From Reclinomonas americana ATCC 50394 (lineage: Eukaryota): a stretch of 64,000 nt of DNA. Location: positions 1 to 64,000 of the forward strand of contig PS015134.1 in NCBI GenBank assembly GCA_048213135.1, read 5' to 3'. A program made the position numbers and the translations under genes. Each line of letters opens with the position of its first letter. Within the stretch, counting starts at the first letter, position 1. Of the stretch, positions 10,524 to 22,922 are shown in pieces. The notes below the pieces were generated by a model. That model did not search any database. It saw only the letters and a list, made by a program, of their open reading frames with translations, and had not been told where the DNA came from.

Positions 10524-13500
10524 CTCCCACCCTCCTTCCCTCCCTTTTTCTCCCTCATTCCTTGCCCAACGCGCAGGTCGCTGTGCAAGAACAACAAATC
10601 ACCCTCCTGGAGCGCCTCCTTGCGCTCCTCATGACGGCCACGCGAGTCAATCCGCACGGCAACCTCAACGCGCTGGCGCAGACGTTCCAGAGCGTGGAGA
10701 CGCTGTGCCAGGTGGTCGATGCTCTGACACCGCTCCGCGACGTTTTCGTGCCGTCGCTCACCACTCTGATGAGGTTTGGACATCATGCTCTTCTCGTCGC
10801 GCAAGTATCTCATCCTTGCACTGCAGTCTGCTGGCCGAGATGACGGGCATCGACAGCGTCGCATCGGTTGTCTCCAACCAAATCACCGCACTCAAATCCA
10901 TGGTCGGCCTGACTGCGCTCACCGTCGGCAGTCCGAACACCATGGTTTGAATTCTTTTCCGCACTTTTCCCTTCCCTTTTCCCTCACCCTTCACCTCTGC
11001 GTACAGCTGCTGGAGGCCACGTTGAAGACACTCCTCAACTGCGCCGGCGTCAGCTCTGCTGTGGACTTGTACCTGACCAGTGGCATGCTGCCGGTGTTGA
11101 TCGTGCTCATTTCGTCGGCGCACGACGACGGCGAGAGCCGGCATGAAGCGCGCGCTCTGGCCACCCTCGGCGCCTCGCTGCTCTCGCGCATGTACCGCAC
11201 CTCGAACAATGGCGGTGTGGCGCAGGTCATTTCACGCCTGCTGCCGGCGCATGTCATCGACCGTCTGCGCTCTGGCGTGCAAGGCTCGGAGGTCGTCGCT
11301 GCCTTCCAGGCGGAGACCGAGTCGGCAAATGCCGTGTGGAATGCCAACACGCGCGCCGAGCTCACCTCGGCCATGCGTCACCAGGTGAGAGGGAGGGATG
11401 GAGGGGGATATAAGGAGGATGTGATTTGGGGTGCTGATTCTTGTTTCGTTTTGGTACAGGTTGCCGACATTCAGCAAGGCTTCATGAGCGGCCGGCAAGA
11501 CTTTGATCCGCAGCCACTGGCGCAGTTCGAGTTCGATTCCTTCAAGGTTCATTTTATTGTTGCTGCATTTGTTTCATGTCCGCAACATAGCATGTGTTCA
11601 CCTCTCGCGTCGCAGTCGGAGCTCAAGGTCGCCGGCGTCTTTGTGCGCCAATTCAACAAGGATCCGCGCACTGGCATTGAGCGTCCGGCCGAGTTCTTCA
11701 AGGGCCTTCTCTACGAACTGAGTGTGCAGGACGAGCCGGGGTATGTCGCGCCGTGTTTGCGCGTGGCGTGTAGCATGGGTTGCTGATCATGTCGACATGG
11801 GATTGCAGATGCTCGTTGCTGATTCTGGAGGCCCTCAACAACGTGCTGGTGGCCAATCGAAGTCTGGCGGCACAATTGTATGGCGAAGTGTCGGCGCTGC
11901 ATGCAGTGCTCGGGTCGGCGTTCCGTCACACCGACTGCGCCATTCGTGCGCTGTTTATTTTCTTTGCCACGGCCCGCGATCGGCAGTACACCGAGGCTCT
12001 GGTGCAGGTCTGTCATGCGTGGGAGAGTGGGTATGTTGCGCGATGATGCTGACGATCGCACTTGTTGGCAGGCCGGCGCTGTGCGCGAGTTGCAAAAGTT
12101 GCTAAAGATGTATGAGAATTCGTCCATCATTCAGCAGCTTGCCAATGGTGAGTGGAAGGGGAAAGCAAAGGGAAAGGGGGGAAGGGGAGTGGAGAAGGGA
12201 CTGGGGAGAAGCGTGCTTTGTTCGGTGGATTGTCTGTGCGTGGGAGGAAAACTGGGAGAAGGTAGAATGGACTGTGAATTAGCATGTCATCTGTTGTGCG
12301 TTCCTTAGATTGCTCTGTGTATTCATATGCGTGCGTGCTGCGTGTGCTCGAGTATGTGAGTGAGTGGAAGGGACTGATCGCCCTGTTTATCTTACCGTGG
12401 TTCTGCGCCTTCGCTCTTAATTTCTTTCTCTCTCTGTGTGTGCGCCAGAGCAGAATCTGCACGAGATCGAGGGCATGTATGGTCAGAACAGGTTGAGATT
12501 GCATAATTCGGTGTGTTGAGGCATGTTGAGCACACGGTTAGTTTTTCTGTGAGAGGGTTCGCTGTGTGTGTGGGAGAGGACCGCATCTCGATTTTAGTCG
12601 CCATTTTACTCACGGAAGATGGCCACAGGCGTCCTGTTCTTTGTCATTGCCGAGTGTCCGTCCGGCGCTGCACAGTTTGTGGCTCTCGGTGGCCACTTCC
12701 AGTCCCTGGTCTCGTTTGTCAACACGCAGGAGAGCGTTGCGTACGAGCGTGCGTGTCAGCTGCAACATTTTCCTTTGCTGATGTAGCTCCCTTTGTTGTG
12801 TTGCAGGAGACCGCGCGTCGCATCGCTGCCGTGCTGTTGTGTGCTACGTTGCAGAGCGAGTCAGGCCCACAAGTGCGTGCGGACATGCTGCGGTACCTGC
12901 CGCCGATTTTCGTTCGCAAGGTGTTTGAGGAGCCGACGGCTGCGGTGGCGTTTTACGACACGGTGCGTCGCTGNNNNNNNNNNNNNNNNNNNNNNNNNNN
13001 NNNNNNNNNNNNNNNNNNNNNNNNNNNNNNNNNNNNNNNNNNNNNNNNNNNNNNNNNNNNNNNNNNNNNNNNNNNNNNNNNNNNNNNNNNNNNNNNNNNN
13101 NNNNNNNNNNNNNNNNNNNNNNNNNNNNNNNNNNNNNNNNNNNNNNNNNNNNNNNNNNNNNNNNNNNNNNNNNNNNNNNNNNNNNNNNNNNNNNNNNNNN
13201 NNNNNNNNNNNNNNNNNNNNNNNNNNNNNNNNNNNNNNNNNNNNNNNNNNNNNNNNNNNNNNNNNNNNNNNNNNNNNNNNNNNNNNNNNNNNNNNNNNNN
13301 NNNNNATGAGGGGGGAAGGGAGAGAGTAATGAGAAGGGGAAATGATGAGACGAAAGAGAGAGAGCATGATAGAGAAGAGAGAGATTGAGAGAGAAAGAAC
13401 ATGAGGTGAGTGCAAGCATGAGAGATAAATGGAAAATGTGTGTATGTCTGTGTTGACACGTGCTTGAACGTCTTGTGTGATGTGTGTGAAGTGTGTTCTT

Positions 13501-14433
13501 GTACTGTACGTATGCTTGAGTCTCTTTGTGTCAGCGCATGTGTGGTGGCGTGTTTGTACTGCATGTACGCGCGCGTCTCTCGCGTGTGCATTGGTGATTG
13601 TAAGTTTGTGGGTCGCTACACAAATGTCATGCTGTGGGGAGTTTTTGTCTGTTGAGAAGCTGTCTGTTAGACGTCTCCCAGTGCACATACGCAGTTGAAA
13701 AAGAGCAATGGTAAACACACTGCGTTTCAAGAGGCGTGCCTACTAGATGTAACACTGTGTGCTCACCATATCCCGCTTCCCTCTCACAGTGGTATCAGCG
13801 AGCGATTGCGGTTATCACTGATTTTGACTGCCACGCACTTTTTGTGGAGCCCCGTTGGCCGTCAGTGCATCGATCGCAATCCGTGTTGTGCTTACTTGTT
13901 GCGAGTTTCGTCCTTGGTGATGCTGTTCGATTGGTGAACAGGAACTCATGCTCTCTCTCTCTCGATGCACTTCCGCATAGGCGTTGGGGCAAATGGGCGA
14001 TCATCTGGACCAGGGTCTGCTGGCATTGGCGCGGTTGTTGCGACATTCGCCGCAGAACCTGCTGCGTGCAGTCGTTGCGTTGGATGTGAAGGCTCAGTTA
14101 CGCTTTCGGTTGCTTGCGTGCTCACGGTCCTCTGGCAGAGCGACGGTGTTATTCCCTTCTGTCTCGGTATCATGGAGAGCGCACGACCACCGCAAGTCAA
14201 GGACCGCGCGGCGCATGTCATCAAGATGTTGGTCGCTGATGGCCGGTGAGTGTGCAACTGCACACCTTCCTCATGCGACTGTGTGTCGCTGACTGCGCCG
14301 CTGCCACAGGACGTCGGAGGGTGCTCGCAGTGCGGTGTCGACGAGTGGCATTTGGTTGCAGTACACGCAGGCCCCGGTACAGCCGCAGCCTCTTGACGAT
14401 TCCACCATTCCGAATGCGCCACCGCAGGCACAG
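4235..14433 (+). CDS. RME8: RME-8/DNAJC13-like endosomal trafficking protein, multi-exon; both ends and some exons lost in N gaps; J domain and GYF_2 absent
   Basis: Spliced GT-AG exons give RME-8 signatures: IWNDQTRAEFRHAL, WNSDEFTVRYESLDNELRVGGFYL, PLPRVKRLLSSERLLPHIAQLL, RLYRTGIFFF, ESPSLIWNQTMRQSLVAHMRAHLAPF, VWNANTRAEL, ELKVAGVFVRQF, and C-terminal VKDRAAHVIKMLVAD...IWLQY. Confidence 0.88.
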
Positions 14434-14574
14434 GTTCGTGAACTACATTGTAGGGTATTTTCCAACGTGAATGCTTTCGTGGAGATCGTTTGCGAAGAGA
14501 AGGAGTGCGTTTCTGGTGCTCTAGTATCTCTCTCTCTCGTCTCTCTCACTGTCTCATCTCTCTCTCTCTTTTTG

Positions 14575-14663
<89 letters not shown>
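14575..14663 (+). repeat. (TCTG)n microsatellite
   Basis: About 22 perfect TCTG units. Confidence 0.95.
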
Positions 14664-14665
<2 letters not shown>

Positions 14666-16034
14666 GTATCTCATTTTCTTTCCCTTTCCTGTTTATGAAA
14701 ATGGGAGAGAGAGAGAGAGAGAGAGAGCAAGTCAGAGGATTCAGTGATCACATCGAGAACACATCTGCTGAGAGCGATCAGATGTACTCTCTCCTTCTCC
14801 ATCGCCCACTCATCCCTAANNNNNNNNNNNNNNNNNNNNNNNNNNNNNNNNNNNNNNNNNNNNNNNNNNNNNNNNNNNNNNNNNNNNNNNNNNNNNNNNN
14901 NNNNNNNNNNNNNNNNNNNNNNNNNNNNNNNNNNNNNNNNNNNNNNNNNNNNNNNNNNNNNNNNNNNNNNNNNNNNNNNNNNNNNNNNNNNNNNNNNNNN
15001 NNNNNNNNNNNNNNNNNNNNNNNNNNNNNNNNNNNNNNNNNNNNNNNNNNNNNNNNNNNNNNNNNNNNNNNNNNNNNNNNNNNNNNNNNNNNNNNNNNNN
15101 NNNNNNNNNNNNNNNNNNNNNNNNNNNNNNNNNNNNNNNNNNNNNNNNNNNNNNNNNNNNNNNNNNNNNNNNNNNNNNNNNNNNNNNNNNNNNNNNNNNN
15201 NNNNNNGTGATCACGATCGTCGTGATATCGATGCCGAGGGGCATGACGCGCGGATTCCAAGACGGGCCGGTGGCGCTGTTGTTGTTGTTGCGTTGGACAG
15301 CTTGGTCAGGGACTGAGGAGGATACCAGATACAGGGGGGGGGCACACGACCATGCGGGCGGATCGCCGGAGAGGGGGTGTATGAAGAGGAGTTGTTTTTG
15401 GGTGTGTGTTTGAAAGAATCGAATTGCAACTTGGAGGTGGGAATTGTGGGTGTGCGCGATTGTGAGAGAGGAGGAAGATATTGTTCCGTGCGGAGAGAAG
15501 TGGGTGGAGGGAGGACGGAGGCGAGGTGTGCGTGTTTCCGATGGCAACGGGGGATATCAAATACCAGATGGTACCGCTCATGATCTCTCTGTCCAGGTCG
15601 CAGCGTGGATATATAGCAAGAGCTCGAGGACGTGATACTCCGTGGGTGTTAGCACTCCCGCACTTGATGAAGGAGACGACATGAGGAGCCTGGTGAGCTC
15701 GAGGGCATGCGCATTGGTATTTCGATCAACCGCAACAACAAAGAATGAGGCATGGAGCTTGTCGACACATACGTCTGAGAACTTTCGAATGTAGAGATGC
15801 AACAAGTGGAACAGTTCACGAGGAGCGCAAACTTGGACCAACCTTGTGGCCATGGAACGTCGACGTCAAGCTGCCGTCAACCTCATCAAAAATACGGGAA
15901 AAAGTGAGGAGTGCCAGCAACTACTGAGTAGATCTCCTTAACAGACGACCTGAGCAATGGAGAAAACACATGACAACTTCACAGACACTTGCATGACACG
16001 CATTACATTGACCCCAGTCATTTTTCCGAACAAC

Positions 16035-16534
16035 ATGCCACGAGCGTGGCTTCTCCTTCTCCTCCTCGCCTGCCTCTCTGCAGCACTGCTGCTCACCACA
16101 GCTGCACAGTTATTCAACAAGACGCACAGTCTCTCTCTCTCTCTCTCACTCACTCTCACTCTCTCTCACTCACAGAGAGGAAGATCCCGATGTGCTCTCT
16201 CTGGTGAACACTGCGATTGGCACAGGCGGTGATGGATATGGAGTGGGCGCGTTGCCTCCGGGAGCGCAAGTTGAGTGAGAGAGAGAGAGATTGAGTGTGT
16301 GAGAGTGTGTGTGTGTGTGTGAGAGAGAGAGGCAGACTTAGTGAGTGAGTGTGAGAAGTAAGCGATGCATTGTGAGACCAATAGTAATGCACACACACAC
16401 ACATAGAGAGAAAGAGAGAGGGAGAGAGTGTGTGTGAGTGAGGGAGGGTGGAAGACTGTGAGAGAAGGCGAGAGAGTGCGAGAAGCCGACAATGCATGGT
16501 GAGACCCATAGAGATGCACACACACACACACACT

Positions 16535-16572
<38 letters not shown>

Positions 16573-19500
16573 ATGAGAGAGGGAGAAATGCATCAACAAA
16601 GAGCAATCGGAGAAAAGCATTCTCTTGAACTTCTCTCACCCTTTCCTCTCTGTCTCTCTCTCTCTCTTCTCTCTCTCTCTTCAGGTTCCCTTTGGCTTCG
16701 CGCGCATCAGTCCCGACACCTCTCTCGATGTGATTCGCGTTCCGTGGCGACATCCCGGCGGCTACGCCTACTCGGACACCTATGTGCGCGGTTTCTCGCA
16801 CATTCACATGGTGGGCGCGGGAGTGCTGGATCTTGGTGAGTTGGAGGGGGAAAGGAGAGAGAGGGGAGGGGGAAAGAGAAGGGAGAGAGAAGGGACAGAG
16901 AGAGAGAGAGAGAGGAGGAGAGAGAGAGGAGAAGGAGAGAGAGAGGAGAGGAGGAGAGAGAGAGNNNNNNNNNNNNNNNNNNNNGTCATGCGACTCGCTA
17001 TCCTCTCCTCTCTCTCTCTCTCTCTCTCTCGCTTGAGAATTATGCTTCGGACCGCTTCTCAGGTCTCTGCTGCTCTCCCCCTTTGCCTTTCCCATTTCCT
17101 CCATCACCCACTCATCCCATGCACAGGCAACCTCGGCGTGATGCCCACATCCGACATCAGGTCTACACACACGCCATTTCCCTTCCCTTACTGCACACCC
17201 TCCCCTCACACCCTCCTCCTCCTCGCAGCAACAACCGCGTCTCCTGCTTCAACCCCATCCCGCTGAAAAAGGACCGCCTGCGCGTCTGCAACTTCCGCGC
17301 CAAGTTCTCCCACGAAGACGAGATCATGTCGCCGGGCTACTATGTTGCGTCGTCTCCCTCCCTCCCGCTGCCGTTTCGTCACTCCCGCTCATTTCATAAC
17401 TCACCACAGGCGGTGACACTGACCCCATCTCCGTCGCTGAACATCCGTGCCGAGTTCAGCTCCACGGTTCACGCCGCTGTGCATCGCTACACGTGGCCGG
17501 CGGAGGGCGGCCGCTTCGTCGTGTTTGATCTCGGCCACTCGGTCTCCATCAGCCCGAATGCCGTCAGTAACTCCACTGTCGTTGCGTAGCGCAGGGAGAG
17601 AGAGAGAACACAAGTATCAGGACGCCTCCCTTCTTCATCTGTTCAACTCTCAATTGCTTTTGCTTCTCAGGCTCACCCTCACTCACCTTCTCTCCCTTTC
17701 CTTTCCTGCTTCGTTTTGTCCATCTTCTCAGGCATCACCGTCTTCATCTCTCTGCTTCTTTTATTCACCCTCCTCTCTCTCTCTCCCTTCTGTTCCTCCA
17801 TCGTGTTCTCTGTTCGATCCGCTATTCCCTCAATCACATCACGCGGCACTCTTTCTCGCATTCCAATCGCCTTCTTTGCGTGCCTCTGCATCCTCGATGA
17901 AGCCTTCCATCAGAACTCATATTTCAACCACATTGTCACCCCCTCCCTTTCCCTCCCCCTCCCCCTTCCCCTTTCATAGGTTCTCGACCGCTCCGACCAA
18001 GAACTCTACGGCTCCATCAAAGCCGACGGCGACTACTCCAACCGCTTCGGCGGCTACACCCTCTACTTCACCGTGCGCTTTAGCCAGCCCTTTGACACCT
18101 CCGCCTCGGGCCTCTGCACGACGGGCGAGAGCGGCCAGCTGTTGCCCATGCTGTCCACACTGACGGGCCCACTCACTGGCGCCTACCTCAAATTCGCCAG
18201 CTCGGTGTCGTCGGTGGAGGTCTACGTCGGCCTCTCGCTCATCTCCGTCGACCAGGCGCGCACCAACCTGCAAGCCGAAGTCAGCAGCGCCAAGTTCGAC
18301 GACATCAAACAGCGCGCGCAGCAGCTGTGGCGCAACAACCTCTCCCTGTTCAAGGTGAATCTCGACACCAAGGACGACTACGAGAAGAGTTGCGTGTGGC
18401 GGGGGAAGGGATGGAAATGGAGAGAAGTTGGTTCTGATGTGAGTGTGTGTGTGTTGCGCAGCGAATCTGGTCAAGTTCTACACGGCTGGTGTGTGGTTTT
18501 CGTGACTGCGCTCATTTGCATCAGTTGTTTATCGTTCCTCTGCAGTGTATCACGCGTACTGCGCGCCGACGCAGCTGAACGAAGTTGGCGGGTGCGTCGA
18601 TTGTGTTTCTGTGCTTCGTGCTGCTGTTCGTCTTTCTCTTTCATCGATATTCTGTGCATTCAATCGTCGTCATGCTTCTGTGCCTTTCTTCATGATTTTG
18701 CTTCTAGCACCTCCGCAACTTGCCTCTTCCTCGCTTCGTCGTCTCTGCTCTTTTGCTCCTTTCCTTTCCCGTCTCATAACCGGTGATGATGGCTGACACA
18801 TCTTTCCTCTCTTGTCTCTCACTCTCCCTCCCTCCCTTTCCCGCTTCACAGCGTCTACGTCGGCTTCGACAAGCAGCTCCACAAACTCCCGGCCGACATG
18901 CAGAACTTTGTGCGTGTTTTGTCTCCCCCCATTTTTCTCTTTCTTCGCCCAACTTGCTGACCAGTTATTCTCCCCGCAGTACACGGATGTTGCGTGCTTC
19001 TCCAACCATCTTCCTTGCTCCTTTGCGTGCTCACTCCTTCCCCTTCACCGCCGCAGCTGTCGATCTGGGACATTTACGTTGCGTCTCTCACGATCCTTTC
19101 TCAACACTCCTCACCCGCTAACTTTCTCTTCGCACAGCGCTCCGAGTGGCCGCTCCTGGCTCTGACACAGCCGCAAGTCGCGCTCGACACGATGAAATCC
19201 ATGATGCTGGTCTTTGAGCAGATTGGTCACCTGCCCAAGTGGGCTCTCCTCTTTGTTGCGTCTCTCTCTCTCTCCCTCTCCCCTGCCCTCTCGATATCCG
19301 ATCGCTGACCGTCTCATTATCCCGCATTCAGGGCGACACGGGTGGCATGACGTTGCGTTGATTCTCGGCCCTTCCCTCTCTCTTCCTCTCGATGCTAACC
19401 TCCCCTTCCCACGCGCAGCGGCATGCACGCCGCATCAATGATCAGCTTCTCGCATGCCATTGGCCTCGGACTGAACAGCTTCAATTACACGGACGCACTC

Positions 19501-20955
19501 ACCGCCGCCGCCTCCAGCGTGCGTGGCGCCGAGGGCGGCGGCTACCTGTCGCTGGGATACGCGCCAAACTCGGGCAGTGACACACTCGACTTTGCCACTG
19601 ACGATTGGTGCGTCGGCAACCTCGCCAAGTCGCTGGTACGTGCATGAGCTCTTTCGACATCTGCGTCCCTGCATCTCATTGTGTACACAGGGACAAGATG
19701 AGATTGCGCAGGCGTTCTTCAACACGTCGCGCAACTGGGAGAACGAGTGGAGCGACAAGGTCAAGTTCCTCTGCAGCAGGAACCCGCAGGGTGCGTGGTG
19801 ATCGTTGTCGTCTTTTTTGTGCAGTGCGCGTCCTCAATACTCGCGCAGGCAAGTTCAACGAGTGCGACGAGCCGTCTCTGGTGTGGGAGTCCATGGCGCT
19901 TGACGTCTTTGACGCTTGTTGCGTCGATTTTGTTGACAGAGGAGAGAGGGGAAGCAGTGTCTCATTTGGATTCACAGACTACACGGAAGGCGATGCGTGG
20001 CACTATCGTTTCTCTGGTGCGTTGCATGCCCTCCCTTTGCTGTCACCTTCACCTCGCGCTCACTTCCATCGCAGTCCCCCAGGATATCCCCTCGCTGATC
20101 GCCAAGTACGGCGGCGCCGAGGTGTTCTACAACACGCTTCTCACCTTCATGGTTCGCGTGCTGTCGTCGCTCGTGCCTCTTGCGTTAAACTCACGTGCAC
20201 GCGCGCCCGCAACAGAGCAAGTCAAAGGAGGTCCTCAGCAACTTCTTGCCGGTGAGTATTTGCTTTTCTCCAGATGTTTAAGGCGTCAACTCACACCCGT
20301 CTTTCCGCAGAACCCTTACTACTGGGCCGGCAACGAGCCCGACATTCACGCTCCGTTCCTGTTCAACTACGTCGGGTGCGAATGTGCAAGTGTGTCGCTT
20401 GTTGGTGATGCTGCGCTCTCACATTGCTGTGCACAGTCGCCCCGACCAGACGCAGCAATACGCTCGCTGGCTGGCCGACAATCACTACACGGCCGAGCCG
20501 CCGGGCATCTCCGGCAACGATGATTATGGGTTTGTGTGCGAGAAGAGTGTCTTTCGCCTGAAGAAGCAAGAATTCCTATCCTTTACACACGCTCCGCACT
20601 CTTCTTGATATCCCCCTGTCCTAATCCCTCACCCTTCGCCCTTCGCCCCCTTTCCCCCTCCCCCAGCACCATGAGCGCCTGGCTGGTCCTCTCCGGCGGC
20701 ATGGCCATCTACCCGGAACCGTGCTCGGGAAAATTCATGATCTCGTCACCTCTCTTCCGCTCCGTCGAAGTCACCCGCGCCGGCGACTCGGCACCCTTCC
20801 TCCGCCTCCTCGCCCCGAACAACTCGCACGCCACCAACGGCCTCGTCAAGTCGGTGACGATGAATGGCGGTGCACCGCTCAACGTCGACTCGTACTTTAT
20901 CGATCCGTCGTGCTGGGCCGGCGGCAAGACGTGCACGCTCACGTTTGACATGTAA
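16035..20955 (+). CDS. Secreted glycoside hydrolase family 92 alpha-mannosidase, about 20 exons including microexons
   Basis: Signal peptide MPRAWLLLLLLACL. Spliced motifs VNTAIGTGG..PPGAQVPFGFARISPDT, GFSHIHMVGAG..DLGNLGVMP, SPGYY, HRYTWP, VGLSLISVDQARTNL, KFYTAVYH, YTDLSIWDIYRS, GHLPKW, YTEGDAWHYRFSVPQD, YWAGNEPDIHAPFLF, GISGNDDYGTMSAW. Stop TAA at 20953-20955. Confidence 0.93.
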
Positions 20956-21109
20956 CCGGCCGAGCCTCGGCCAGCCAGTCGGGTCTGCAGACTCTTTTCA
21001 ATCAGTCCATGAATCGCACATGCTTCTCTCGTGCATCGTCGGTTCACTGGCGTGTTTTGTTAAGAGTCAAGTGTGAGACGGAGAGAGAGGGTGTGTGTGT
21101 GTGTGGCTA

Positions 21110-22844
21110 TTACTGCGGCGGCGGCATTGGCGGCTGATGCGCACCGCTTCCGGGCTGCATTGGCATGCCAGGCGGAGCCGGACCCACACCGGGTTGCATG
21201 GTGAAGCCCTGCACGAGAAGAGCTCAGCTGCAAAACACGCACGGCAATGGTGACGACGCGAGACGAACCGGTGGCATCGGGTGGAACATGAGCTGCTGTC
21301 CTGGTTGCATGTACGCACCCGGTGGCGCATACTGTGTGCAATCACAAAAAAGGTCAGGAGGAAAGACAGTTGCAACACCATTTGCTATACATCACCCACC
21401 ATGACACGCTGCGTGGAATTCGCGAGTGAGCAGAATTGTTTTCAATTTCATGGGTGTGCAAAAAAAGTCAGCTCACCGGCTGCGGCGGGCCCATCGGAAC
21501 GTACGGCATCATGCCGGGCATGGGTCGCGGAGGCATCTGCGACACTGCACTGTGAGTCCCGGTGCACTTGTTCGAAGTGAATCACGACAGCATCGAACCA
21601 TTCCAGGCGGCATGTGCACCACGGGCATGCCGTCGGCGCCGATCATGGGCTGGCCCATCACAAACATCTGCAAGCAGCAGTGAGTCACACACGGAGAAAG
21701 ATGACCAGAGGGCGCGGGACACACCGGCTCGCCCGCATTCATCATGTACGGCGGCATGGACCCAGGATACGGGCCACCGACAGGCGGCATCGGCGGACCA
21801 GCCATGTGCTGTGGAACCTGAGCGACTTTGGTGGACTTGGAAGGCGGCACAAACTCGGCGGCGCTGAGATCGAGCTTGGAGGTGGGCCTCGGGGCGGGTG
21901 GCTTGGCGGCGGCGGCAGCGGCGGCAGCAGCAGGGGGAGCAGCCGCAGCAGCAGGTGTCGGAGCGGTGGTCGGAGCAACAGCAGCAGCAGCAGGTGCCGC
22001 GGCTGGTGCTGCTGGCACGGTGACGACGGTTGCGGGGACAGCAGCGGGTCTCGCGACGGACGCTGGTGCGGGTGCCGCAGATGCCACTGGTGCCACCGGT
22101 GGCTTGCCGACCTCGTCTCCAGGGCCGTGGCGCCCTACTGCGGACAGAGAGCAGTCAGGATCACAAAATACAGGCAATGAGTGAGCACAAATGCGGCAGC
22201 GTACCGACACCCTTGGTCTCCAGCTGTGACATAGGACAAGGTGAGCGATATGCATGAGAGAAACACACACGAGGCAAGACACACCTTTTTGCTAAACTGC
22301 ACGAAATCTTCAATGGCATGCCGGCGATCGCGCGTCTGATGCTTCCGCTTCTCCTCCTCCTCGCTCATGCAGTATTGCTCGAAGCGTTGACGAACGGCCT
22401 CTGTGTGTGGAGAGAGTGAGCCCGCGTGGACGAGGGGATACGGTAGGGAGAGACGACACGTGCGAACCGGAGATCTTGGGCGATGACGGCTCCAGGGCCA
22501 GGCCGGCCACCGCCTTGGGGTTGTTCAGGAACTTTTGCTGCTCCGCCGGGCTGAGCGATGTGCGTGGTGATGTGGCCTGCAATGAAGGGGAATGGCGGAA
22601 TGAGGGGAAATGAAGGGGAACAAAGAAGGTGAAAGGAGAGAATGAGAGTAAAGGGGAGACGAGGCAAGCACTCGATCGGGAAACAGCGCGTCGCAGTGAC
22701 GGAGAGGAGCGGAAAGTGAAGGAGGAGAAGGGATGAGGAATCGAAGGCAGTGGATGGCGGCTAGAGAGAGAAGCACAACAGAGCAAATGGCACCGCAGGA
22801 GACGAGGAATGCACCCAAACGAGAAAAGGAAACGCAGTGAAAGC

Positions 22845-22922
<78 letters not shown>

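Noticed and set aside
15207-15930. Possible minus-strand coding fragment next to a gap (..PSWNPRVMPLGIDITTIVI)
   Set aside because: No recognisable domain or consistent splice model, and it is truncated by Ns.
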